Of a stretch of 64,000 nucleotides of DNA, positions 7,487 to 15,778 are shown piece by piece (within the stretch, counting starts at the first letter, position 1; the number at the start of each line of letters is the position of its first letter). The stretch is taken from the NCBI GenBank assembly GCA_964484505.1, contig CAZAFB010000001.1:9974-73973 (forward strand), written 5' to 3'. The DNA comes from an uncultured Bdellovibrionales bacterium (GTDB taxonomy: Bacteria > Patescibacteriota > Minisyncoccia > Moranbacterales > GWC2-37-73). The notes under the pieces were generated by a model. That model worked only from the letters and a program-made list of their open reading frames with translations, searched no databases and was not told the DNA's origin. The translations under genes were made by a program, and so were the position numbers.

Positions 7487-8167
7487 ATGATACAATTTGA
7501 TAAAGTTTCAAAAATATATCCCGGTGATTTTGTAGCGTTGGAGAACGTTGATTTGATAATTGAATCCGGTGAATTCGTTTCCATTGTGGGGCATTCCGGG
7601 GCGGGAAAATCAACTTTTCTGAAAATGATCTATGCTGAGGAGCATCCTACTTCTGGCCATGTGTATTTTGAAGGACGTGACCTCGCTACGATAAAGAGGA
7701 AACATTTGCCTTATTATCGGCGTAATATCGGGACGGTTTTTCAGGATTTCAAACTTTTACCGCAAAAGACTGCTTTTGAAAATGTGGCCTATGCTCTGGA
7801 AGTAGCAGGAGAGCCGGCGGATGAAATAGAAGAACGTGTGCCGGAAATTTTGGATATCGTGGGTATGGGGAATAAGATGGAAAAATATCCTCGCCAGCTT
7901 TCGGGAGGTGAACAACAGAAAGTTTCTCTGGCACGCGCGCTCGTGCATCGTCCGCAAGTCATCATTGCCGATGAACCGACGGGAAATTTGGATCCGATTT
8001 CGACGTGGGAAATCGTGCAACTTTTGCTTAAAATCAACAGTTTTGGCACGACTATTTTACTGGCGACACACAATAAAGATATTGTGGATAAGGTGAATCG
8101 ACGCGTTATCGCCATGGATCGCGGTCGGGTTATTCGTGATCATGCGAAGGGAAAGTATGCTATATAA
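7487..8167 (+). CDS. ftsE: Cell division ATP-binding protein FtsE
   Basis: GHSGAGKST, VFQDFKLL, LSGGEQQ, ADEPTGNLD; adjacent to ftsX. Confidence 0.93.
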   Translation: MIQFDKVSKIYPGDFVALENVDLIIESGEFVSIVGHSGAGKSTFLKMIYAEEHPTSGHVYFEGRDLATIKRKHLPYYRRNIGTVFQDFKLLPQKTAFENVAYALEVAGEPADEIEERVPEILDIVGMGNKMEKYPRQLSGGEQQKVSLARALVHRPQVIIADEPTGNLDPISTWEIVQLLLKINSFGTTILLATHNKDIVDKVNRRVIAMDRGRVIRDHAKGKYAI

Positions 8168-8225
8168 AAGGTTTTAATTCACAAAAATATTTCATTAACT
8201 AGAAAAAATAAAATTGCGAATAAAG

Positions 8226-9152
8226 ATGGATGATTTTAAAACAAAATTATTAAAATTGGGCAGAACATTCAAAGAGGGAATTTCCAACTTCGGTCGTAAT
8301 GGTTGGCTTAGTTTCGCAACAGTCAGCGTATTAGCCATATCACTGTATATCATAAGCGTCACGATAATACTCGGGTTGGCTGCCAATATGGTGCTGCGAA
8401 ATATTCAAGACAAGATAAATGTCAGCGTCTATTTCAATCCTAGTACATCGGAACAAACCATTTTGGAAATACGCGATAAGCTTTCTGAATTTGCAGAAAT
8501 AAAATCTATCGACTATGTTTCCAAAGATCAAGCATTGGATGAGTTTACCAAAATGGGTGATGCCGATGAATCTATCAAGCAAGCGCTTGAGGAAATTGGT
8601 ACCAATCCATTGCTTTCTTCTCTTGTTATAAAAGCAAAGACGCCTGACAAATACGAATTGATAGTTCAATCAATTAAAAATTCCAGTTTGGCTGAAAATA
8701 TTGACCGCATAAATTATCAAGAAAACAAAGCGGCAATTGAGAGATTATCTAAAATAATAAAATTGGTCGAGCAAGTCGGTTTGACTATGGGAATAGTCTT
8801 TGTCTTTATCGGCGTACTGATCACATTCAACGCGATTCGCCTTACCATGTATTCACATAAACAGGAGTTTGAAATAATGCGTTTGGTGGGGGCGTCCAAT
8901 CTGTACATCAGAATGCCCTTTGTTTTTGAAGGTATTTTCTATGGAATTTCGTCAGCCATTTTGGTAATGTTGCTTCTTTTGGCAACTACCAAATTCATCG
9001 CTCCGCTCACGCGTGGCAGTATTCCGCAGGGAGATCTCATGGGTTATTATTTTGCCCATTTTTGGCTGATATTCGCTACGCTTATTCTTGCAGGAACGGT
9101 GCTTGGTGTTATCAGCAGCTTCATCGCAATCAGAAGATATCTGAAGATATAG
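8226..9152 (+). CDS. ftsX: Cell division permease FtsX
   Basis: Four-TM topology, NAIRLTMYSHKQEFEIMRLVGAS..IRMPFVFEG. Confidence 0.92.
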   Translation: MDDFKTKLLKLGRTFKEGISNFGRNGWLSFATVSVLAISLYIISVTIILGLAANMVLRNIQDKINVSVYFNPSTSEQTILEIRDKLSEFAEIKSIDYVSKDQALDEFTKMGDADESIKQALEEIGTNPLLSSLVIKAKTPDKYELIVQSIKNSSLAENIDRINYQENKAAIERLSKIIKLVEQVGLTMGIVFVFIGVLITFNAIRLTMYSHKQEFEIMRLVGASNLYIRMPFVFEGIFYGISSAILVMLLLLATTKFIAPLTRGSIPQGDLMGYYFAHFWLIFATLILAGTVLGVISSFIAIRRYLKI

Positions 9153-9179
9153 AAAAATATTTAGCTTGGAAAAAATGTC

Positions 9180-9201
9180 GACCGCCAATTTTTTGGCGGT
9201 C
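9180..9201. terminator. Probable bidirectional terminator hairpin
   Basis: GACCGCCAA-tttt-TTGGCGGTC between convergent genes. Confidence 0.6.
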
Positions 9202-9223
9202 CATTTGTATAAATAGGGCAGAT

Positions 9224-10462
9224 TTAGGCTAGCAATTTTTTTAGTTCCTCCCGTTCCTCATCGTTCAGTTCCACAATGTTCTCAATAATTACGAGTAAGG
9301 CAGATTTGCTATTGCTACTGATGATATTGCTTAGCAGATTTGTCAAAAGTTTTTTTTGTTCACTCTTTAATCCCAGAAAGAAGCGAGGCTGCATTTCATA
9401 CAAAGTGCGGATTGTTCGGTCCAATAATTCATTACTTGAATTTATGATTTCTTGCGAGCGATATTCCTCAACCAACTTTTGGGCGAAATCTTTGAGAAAA
9501 GGACGGCGTTTGATGCGCAAAAAATTGGCGATTTTTCGACGCATGAGACGGAACTGCGCATCCGCCCTTGTGCCGCCGATGATTGTTTCTTGACCATCCT
9601 GCGGCTCGCTTTGAAAAGAAAAAGAGTCGAAATATTGGCTGCGAATAAAAACGCTATGATGGAATGATTCGCCGCGGTTTTTTGCGGAACTGGCTTCTTT
9701 CCATTTTTCGTGTCCGGTTGAGTCAATGTAATAGTATTTTGAAAGCTCATTGCCGCTTCTTTCTCCCCAACGCACATAAGTCACGTCAAAAACAGTACCG
9801 GTTTTTTCGTGGACAATCTGGAAATCTTCCGTGTCTGCTATTGCCGCATCATAGTCCAAAGCTTTGCCATTTATTTTTATGGAAAAATCACGATATTTGT
9901 TAAGTTTTAGGAACCAGGCAAATTCTTTGCGCAAAAATTCTTCAAATTTTTCATTCAACTGAAAGCCTGTGAGAGAATGGATGCCGGTAAAAGTGACGGT
10001 TGTGCCCATGGGTTTATTGGTTGTTTTCGGTGTGGCGTTAAGGCCGGTATAGAAATTGATGTTTTCCGCATTGGCGAATATATCATATGTCGCGTTGCCG
10101 TTACTTTTGGCATATGTCGTTTGCCAAATGGCGCTGCGGGCAAATACGAAGAAAGTAAGACGGCCAATACCATTTTTGCCATGCAGGGCGCTACGGTGTT
10201 GTTTTAGCTTATTTTCTAGGGCCTTCTTTGATTCGAACATTGGCTCGAATTTTTCTTGTAATTTGGCGTGATCGATGCCGTAACCATTGTCAGATATGGA
10301 AAGGGAAGAAAGATTGCCGATTTCATCGGAAATAAAATCGATTCTTATTTCAGAGGCATTAGCATCGAAGCCATTCCAAATATATTCGGCGATCGATTGA
10401 TAGGGCGAGAACTTCTTGAGAGCGGCTCTGATTCCGCGGGCGGTTATTTGGATTTTCGGCAT
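9224..10462 (-). CDS. GHKL (HATPase_c, MORC-like) ATPase
   Basis: EYIWNGFDA, ISDNGYGI, GKNGIGR and GTTV motifs of the GHKL fold. Confidence 0.85.
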   Translation of the reverse strand: MPKIQITARGIRAALKKFSPYQSIAEYIWNGFDANASEIRIDFISDEIGNLSSLSISDNGYGIDHAKLQEKFEPMFESKKALENKLKQHRSALHGKNGIGRLTFFVFARSAIWQTTYAKSNGNATYDIFANAENINFYTGLNATPKTTNKPMGTTVTFTGIHSLTGFQLNEKFEEFLRKEFAWFLKLNKYRDFSIKINGKALDYDAAIADTEDFQIVHEKTGTVFDVTYVRWGERSGNELSKYYYIDSTGHEKWKEASSAKNRGESFHHSVFIRSQYFDSFSFQSEPQDGQETIIGGTRADAQFRLMRRKIANFLRIKRRPFLKDFAQKLVEEYRSQEIINSSNELLDRTIRTLYEMQPRFFLGLKSEQKKLLTNLLSNIISSNSKSALLVIIENIVELNDEEREELKKLLA

Positions 10463-10504
10463 AGGCTTGTCTTTTAGGGGGCAGATTAATTTGTTGAAAA
10501 CTTA

Positions 10505-10533
10505 TTGACTATATATCAATATTAGTGTACAAC
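10505..10533 (+). promoter_or_regulatory. Sigma70 promoter for LysM ORF
   Basis: TTGACT-17-TACAAC. Confidence 0.55.
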
Positions 10534-10615
10534 GAGGTGTAAGCGAGGTCCAGCAATTTAACAGCTTAATATACGAAATATACCAAAATATGCCCAAAGG
10601 GCAGGGAGGTACAGA

Positions 10616-11419
10616 ATGAAATCCATAATTTTCACACTTTTTGTAGCCATGTCAATTTTCTTTATTGGCATTGGCAAAGGCAATGCTGAAGAATATCTTT
10701 TGATTAAAGTTCAAAAAGGCGATAGTGTAGCCAAAATCGCCAAAAAAGCCGGAGTTTCTTTTGCAGTTGCCAGGGATCTGAACAAAAAGAGATTTAGGAA
10801 CTTGAACCTTATCCGCCCAGGCGAAATGGTTTTGCTTCCAGGGCCGGTTGCGCGCGAAATCAAAAAGGATATTCTCAAAAAAGATAACAAAAAGCAACTT
10901 CCTGTTGCCCAGCCAAAATTAGCCTCAAGCGATAGTGAGATGCTTACGCTCGGTGAAGTGGCATCCAATATTTTCGAAAGTGTTCTTGGAAAAACCTCCC
11001 TCGCCGGGGAATCAGGGTTATTTCTGGGAATCATATTTCTTTTCTTGTCTTTGGAATCCTTTGGTTTTGGCGCGTTTGTTGCAAAATCAAAAAAGCTGTT
11101 TTTTTCAGATGAAGATTCGGGCGGATCTCCGACTGGTTTTGATAAAAGTGAAATCGGAGAGTTCTTTGCTGTTTCAAGAAAATCGGGCAAAATAGTGTGC
11201 GTAAGAAAAAATGTTTCAGAGTTTATTGGCATAGAATCGTTAGCGGAGTATGTTTGGTCTGAATACGGCTATCCTCAAGGAGCCCAAACAAGGCTATATG
11301 ATATTCCTCGGGAATACAAGGATGATTATCTGCCTCTGGATGATTCGCAAAAAAGAATCATCCTCATAGTTATAAGGATGAAAAAAAAGGGCTCAATTGG
11401 CAACGAAAAAAACGGTTGA
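10616..11419 (+). CDS. LysM-domain membrane protein
   Basis: Signal peptide, VQKGDSVAKIAKK...NLIRPGEMVLLP LysM, internal TM helix; SD GGGAGGT. Confidence 0.8.
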   Translation: MKSIIFTLFVAMSIFFIGIGKGNAEEYLLIKVQKGDSVAKIAKKAGVSFAVARDLNKKRFRNLNLIRPGEMVLLPGPVAREIKKDILKKDNKKQLPVAQPKLASSDSEMLTLGEVASNIFESVLGKTSLAGESGLFLGIIFLFLSLESFGFGAFVAKSKKLFFSDEDSGGSPTGFDKSEIGEFFAVSRKSGKIVCVRKNVSEFIGIESLAEYVWSEYGYPQGAQTRLYDIPREYKDDYLPLDDSQKRIILIVIRMKKKGSIGNEKNG

Positions 11420-11478
11420 ATAACCGCTTATTATATGGCCGCATCAGGGACAAATTCTCTTATGCGGTCTTTACGTTT

Positions 11479-12513
11479 TTACAGAATGGGGCGTAGTATT
11501 TTCATCGCAATAAGTATCAGCCAGTCGATCCAATTCTTTTTAAAATGCTCAGGTACGAAAGATTCTGAATCCCTCTTCCATTTTTCAAATGTATCTGACA
11601 AATCCGAAAGCAGTTTTTTATTTTTGAAAAATAAGCCAAGCTCATTATTGAGGCTGAACGAGAGCAGATCGAGGTTTTGAGACCCGATGATCCCATGAGA
11701 ATCATCAATCAACAGGAGCTTGGAATGGTTCATCTTTTCTGAAAGATAAAAATGCACTCCCTGTTTATGCAAATCATGCATATATTTGTAATTCACCCGA
11801 TTCATGATGCGCCAATCGACTTTTTTGGGAATGATTATTTCCACGAGTATGCCGCGTCTCACTGCGCTATCCAAAAGGGAAATCAGCCAGCGTGGTGGCG
11901 TGAAATATGGTGTTACCATACGGATACATTTTTGTGCATGGCTGATGTTTTCAACATAGTGTCCACGCAGAGTATAGATGTTTCTGATCGGCCAGTGTTC
12001 AATCAGCCAGTTTTGGAGCTTTTGTCCCAATCTTTTTTCCCGGTAGGCGAGAATCCGTTCGTTTTTGCCGCTTGCCATTGCATAAGTATAGGCGAAAGAG
12101 CGCATCAAATTGCGCGACAGGGTGGCGCCCAACTTCAATTGCAGATCATCCCAAGTGGTGAAATGTTTGCCGATGTTGACGCCTCCGATGAAGGCTATTT
12201 TTTCATCAACGATCAATATCTTGCGATGGATATGTCGCAGCCAATGACTGAAAAAAATAATTTCCACGCCGGCTTCCTTTAATTTTTTAACAGTTTCCTT
12301 GCGTAGGTGTTTGCTGCCGAAAGCATCCGCCACGATCGTTACCTCGACGCCCTTAAGGGCCTGTTCGGTCAAAGCACCAATAAAATCATGTTCCTGCCCG
12401 GTGTCATCCAAAAAAATATACATCTCAATGCATATGGACTCTTTGGCTTTTTTTATAGCTTCCAGCATCGCATCCCAAGCCCTTATGGAAGTTGTATATA
12501 ACTGATATTTCAT
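11479..12513 (-). CDS. Phospholipase D family / cardiolipin synthase-like protein
   Basis: Two HKD motifs (HRKILIVD, HSKLLLID), TPYF; start at MKYQLY. Confidence 0.88.
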   Translation of the reverse strand: MKYQLYTTSIRAWDAMLEAIKKAKESICIEMYIFLDDTGQEHDFIGALTEQALKGVEVTIVADAFGSKHLRKETVKKLKEAGVEIIFFSHWLRHIHRKILIVDEKIAFIGGVNIGKHFTTWDDLQLKLGATLSRNLMRSFAYTYAMASGKNERILAYREKRLGQKLQNWLIEHWPIRNIYTLRGHYVENISHAQKCIRMVTPYFTPPRWLISLLDSAVRRGILVEIIIPKKVDWRIMNRVNYKYMHDLHKQGVHFYLSEKMNHSKLLLIDDSHGIIGSQNLDLLSFSLNNELGLFFKNKKLLSDLSDTFEKWKRDSESFVPEHFKKNWIDWLILIAMKILRPIL

Positions 12514-12655
12514 AATGTAGTTGTAACACTTTCTGGTTTCAAATGCAATTAGATTTTGCAAATTTTGGCATGTGAAACCCATGGTACAGGGCAAGTTTCA
12601 ACTTGATTCTTTTCGTGTTTTAATATATGATAGATTTCGTGACATAAAGATAGGA

Positions 12656-12727
12656 TGGGGAATAGCCAAGCGGTAAGGCATCGGGTTCTGGTCCCGACAT
12701 GCGGGGGTTCGAATCCCTCTTCCCCAA
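12656..12727 (+). tRNA. tRNA-Gln(CTG), CCA not encoded
   Basis: TGGGGAA/TTCCCCA acceptor stem, TCGGG-TTCTGGT-CCCGA anticodon arm, TTCGAAT T loop. Confidence 0.95.
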
Positions 12728-12734
12728 CATTAAC

Positions 12735-12763
12735 CAGAAATCCACTCACGTGGATTTTTTTGG
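12735..12763 (+). terminator. Terminator after tRNA-Gln
   Basis: AAATCCAC-tcac-GTGGATTT followed by T tract. Confidence 0.7.
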
Positions 12764-12943
12764 TGTCTAAAATGCTGAAATTCAAAAGGTTTAGTTGGCT
12801 GGTGGGGTGGACTGTGCATAACTTCCAAAAATGCCTTAAATAAGGAAAGTTGACCTGAGTTGGCAAAATGATATAATATCACTATAGTGATTGTTTCATT
12901 TGGGGTAGAATAGACTGGTAACAATAAAAATACTAAAAAACAT

Positions 12944-14032
12944 ATGAACTCAATTCTTCTAGTGCTTATTTTGATCGGCTTTGCAATCGTAATATTTTTA
13001 CTTACGAGAAAAAAAGATGATGGTGCCAGCGCGGAAGCAAAGCAGCAACTGGCTATTTTGATGGATCGGATTTCGACCCTTGGTCAGCAAAATGAACAGC
13101 TCCGAGCGGTGATGGATGAAAAACTTTCCCAGACGCATCAGGCGACGCAGCAGCAAATAAACCACACCATGCAAACAGTGCAAGGAATAACGGGGCAATC
13201 AGCCAAGCAGATAGCGGACGTGGTGGCCGGGCTTACGAAGCTTGAGGAGACAAACAAGCAAGTCGTCAATTTTTCAGCTCAGCTGCAAAGTTTGCAAGAC
13301 ATTCTTAAAAATCCGAAGCAGCGTGGTGTGCTCGGTGAATATTTTTTGGAAGAGACGCTTAAAAATGTGTTGCCGCCTAATTCCTACAAGATGCAATATG
13401 CTTTCAAAGACAATGTGATTGTGGATGCCGCCGTATTTGTCAAAGACAAAGTTATTCCGATCGATTCCAAATTTTCTTTGGAAAATTATGAAAGGATTTT
13501 GAATACGTCCGATTCCTCGGAGAGGGAATCTTTGGAAAAATCTTTCAAGCAGGATCTCAAAAACCGTATCGATGAAACATCGAAATATATCAAGCCAGAT
13601 GAAGGCACGATGGATTTTGCTTTCATGTTCATTCCTTCGGAAGCTATTTACTATGACTTGTTGGTAAACAAAGTTGGAGCGGTGAAAATCGACACGCGTT
13701 CAATGATTGAATATGCTTTCCGTGATAAACACGTCATCATCGTGTCCCCGACTTCTTTCTTGGCATATTTGCAAACGGTCTTGCAGGGCTTGCGGGCGAT
13801 GGAAATTGAGGAAAACGCCAAGGAAATTAAGGCTAATGTAGTGAAATTGCAAAAACATATTGTTACAGTCGATACTTATATGCAAAAAATGGGAACTTCA
13901 CTCGCTACGACAGTCAGTCATTACAACAATACTTTCAAAGAGTTGGGCAAAATGGATAAGGATGTAGTGAAAATTACCGGCGGTGAAAAAAGCATCGAGC
14001 CATTGGCAATCGATAAACCTACTTTAGAATAA
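12944..14032 (+). CDS. rmuC: DNA recombination protein RmuC
   Basis: N-terminal TM, coiled coil, KQRGVLGE, IPIDSKF, FAFMFIPSE, VSPTS. Confidence 0.93.
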   Translation: MNSILLVLILIGFAIVIFLLTRKKDDGASAEAKQQLAILMDRISTLGQQNEQLRAVMDEKLSQTHQATQQQINHTMQTVQGITGQSAKQIADVVAGLTKLEETNKQVVNFSAQLQSLQDILKNPKQRGVLGEYFLEETLKNVLPPNSYKMQYAFKDNVIVDAAVFVKDKVIPIDSKFSLENYERILNTSDSSERESLEKSFKQDLKNRIDETSKYIKPDEGTMDFAFMFIPSEAIYYDLLVNKVGAVKIDTRSMIEYAFRDKHVIIVSPTSFLAYLQTVLQGLRAMEIEENAKEIKANVVKLQKHIVTVDTYMQKMGTSLATTVSHYNNTFKELGKMDKDVVKITGGEKSIEPLAIDKPTLE

Positions 14033-14126
14033 TGAGTTATGAAGCAGGAGGCATTAATTATGAATCCATAAAATTTAAATATATTTTTTTGTACTTTTGT
14101 ATAATTTTGTAATTTTGTAGGGGCTT

Positions 14127-14330
14127 ATGGAACAGGAAATTTTACAAAAACTCGAAGATCAACAAAAGAAAATAGATGCGACATACGCTTCAGTGGAGAA
14201 GTTACGCAAATATTTTTTGTGGACGCTGATTGTCACGGTTGTGACTTTCGTGTTGCCGCTGATTATTGTGCTCATAGCGCTACCTTGGATGATTAGTACA
14301 ATTACAAATGTGTATAGTGGTCTTCTTTGA
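14127..14330 (+). CDS. Small membrane protein
   Basis: 67-aa ORF, short coiled coil followed by hydrophobic segment. Confidence 0.7.
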   Translation: MEQEILQKLEDQQKKIDATYASVEKLRKYFLWTLIVTVVTFVLPLIIVLIALPWMISTITNVYSGLL

Positions 14331-14475
14331 TGTGTTTAGAGCCGTACTTGCATATGTCAATAAACACGCAAGTGCATATTGAAAATAGATAAAAAATAAA
14401 AAAGGTGACGTTTTGCGTCACCTGATTTCATTTCACGGTGTGTGTAGGTTCGTTGTTGAATAGATAAAAATAAAT

Positions 14476-15027
14476 TTATCTTTGCGCCAAGATGATGGCC
14501 TCCCTGGTTCTTTTTTCAATAACTTGAGCCATCATGCGCTTTTTTCCCCATTTGAGTGCTTTGCGTAGGGCCGGTTTACCCCTGCCCATATATATGTCAA
14601 TTTTACGTCCCTTTATGGAGCCGCCTCCGTCTTCTGCTTCGAAGTCATAATACACTCTTTCCTCAATGGGCAACTTCGGATCATAAAGTCGAAGTCTGGT
14701 GCCCGGGGGAAAAACTTTTGGATCTGTTGCGATTGTTCGACCTTCTTGCGGTGCTTCTTGTTTATATTTTGTTACCTTTCCACTGCCGTTCAATCTGACA
14801 TCTCCCTCAAAACTTCCCGTAGCATATTCACCATCCTGATTGCGGGTGGGGGCATAATAAGCTGAAGTTTTGACACGTACTTCTTCTGAAACTACGAATT
14901 CAGTAGTGACCTCTCGGGTTTTCGTCCGTTGGGGCTTCGATTCAAGCCTTAAATGAGCGTTAGAAACGCTACTTAACGGATTTACACACACCAATAGCAT
15001 AGCAGTCAAAATGGCTGCTACTTTCAC
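14476..15027 (-). CDS. Secreted 3D-domain (MltA-like) protein
   Basis: TSAYY, IATDPKVFPPGT, AEDGGGSIKGRKIDIYM; GTG start 15027 behind SD AAGGAGGT. Confidence 0.85.
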   Translation of the reverse strand: MKVAAILTAMLLVCVNPLSSVSNAHLRLESKPQRTKTREVTTEFVVSEEVRVKTSAYYAPTRNQDGEYATGSFEGDVRLNGSGKVTKYKQEAPQEGRTIATDPKVFPPGTRLRLYDPKLPIEERVYYDFEAEDGGGSIKGRKIDIYMGRGKPALRKALKWGKKRMMAQVIEKRTREAIILAQR

Positions 15028-15119
15028 CCTGATACCTCCTTTTTCTATTATTTTTTTAAAAAGCTTATATAAAAACAAAAAAACGGGTGCCTTGCGGCCG
15101 CTCGTTTTCAGTTGTAGAT

Positions 15120-15148
15120 ATTCTATACTACGCTAAGGCTTTTGTCAA
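15120..15148 (-). promoter_or_regulatory. Sigma70 promoter for 3D-domain gene
   Basis: Minus strand TTGACA-17-TAGAAT. Confidence 0.7.
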
Positions 15149-15271
15149 TGTTTCATTGCTAAAAATGAAATAAAATAACTTGTTGCTAGTATTAATGGAC
15201 AAAATGGCTCACGTGGAGGCTCTTTTGGTGTTGTTTTGGGGATTATTAATAATCGAAGAGAGAACAAAGCT

Positions 15272-15718
15272 ATGGTAGAAAAAACAAGGGGAGATGTAAC
15301 TAGAATGAAGGCTGATGTGATTATTAATGCTGCCAATACGCAGCTTTATCACGGTGGTGGTGTCGCTCGTCAATTAGTGTTGGCAGGTGGTGAAATAGTG
15401 GAAAAAGAAAGCGCCGAAGTTGGTTTTTGCCCCTTGGGTTCGTTTGCAATTACTTCTGCCGGTGATTTGCCAGCCAAGAAAATTATCCATATTCCGACCA
15501 TAGACTACATTCAAGGGCATGAAAAAATATCCTATGAGGATTTGGAAAAAGCATGGCGTGATGTTTTACAATGGAGTATTAGTAATGATCACGTCAGAAT
15601 AAATGTGCCTCTTTTGGGGACGGGAGTTGTGGGGTTAAATAAGAACAAAGTGGAAGATTTGCTGGAAAGGGTTGCGGAAGAATTTCCGGAATTGATTGTG
15701 AAAATAGTTATGCATTAG
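15272..15718 (+). CDS. Macro domain protein (ADP-ribose binding/hydrolase family)
   Basis: GDVT..ADVIINAAN..L.HGGGVA and PLLGTGV motifs. Confidence 0.9.
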   Translation: MVEKTRGDVTRMKADVIINAANTQLYHGGGVARQLVLAGGEIVEKESAEVGFCPLGSFAITSAGDLPAKKIIHIPTIDYIQGHEKISYEDLEKAWRDVLQWSISNDHVRINVPLLGTGVVGLNKNKVEDLLERVAEEFPELIVKIVMH

Positions 15719-15778
15719 TTTATTTTGCCGATATTGAAAAAGTGGGTTATAATAATTTAAAGAAACCCACTATTTTTT

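Noticed and set aside
9224-10462. MutL, GyrB or HtpG assignment
   Set aside because: Only generic GHKL motifs are shared; family-specific motifs and C-terminal domains are not seen
15081-15108. Hairpin in the 3D-gene leader as an attenuator
   Set aside because: Pairing is poor on the transcribed minus strand and no leader ORF or alternative structure was found
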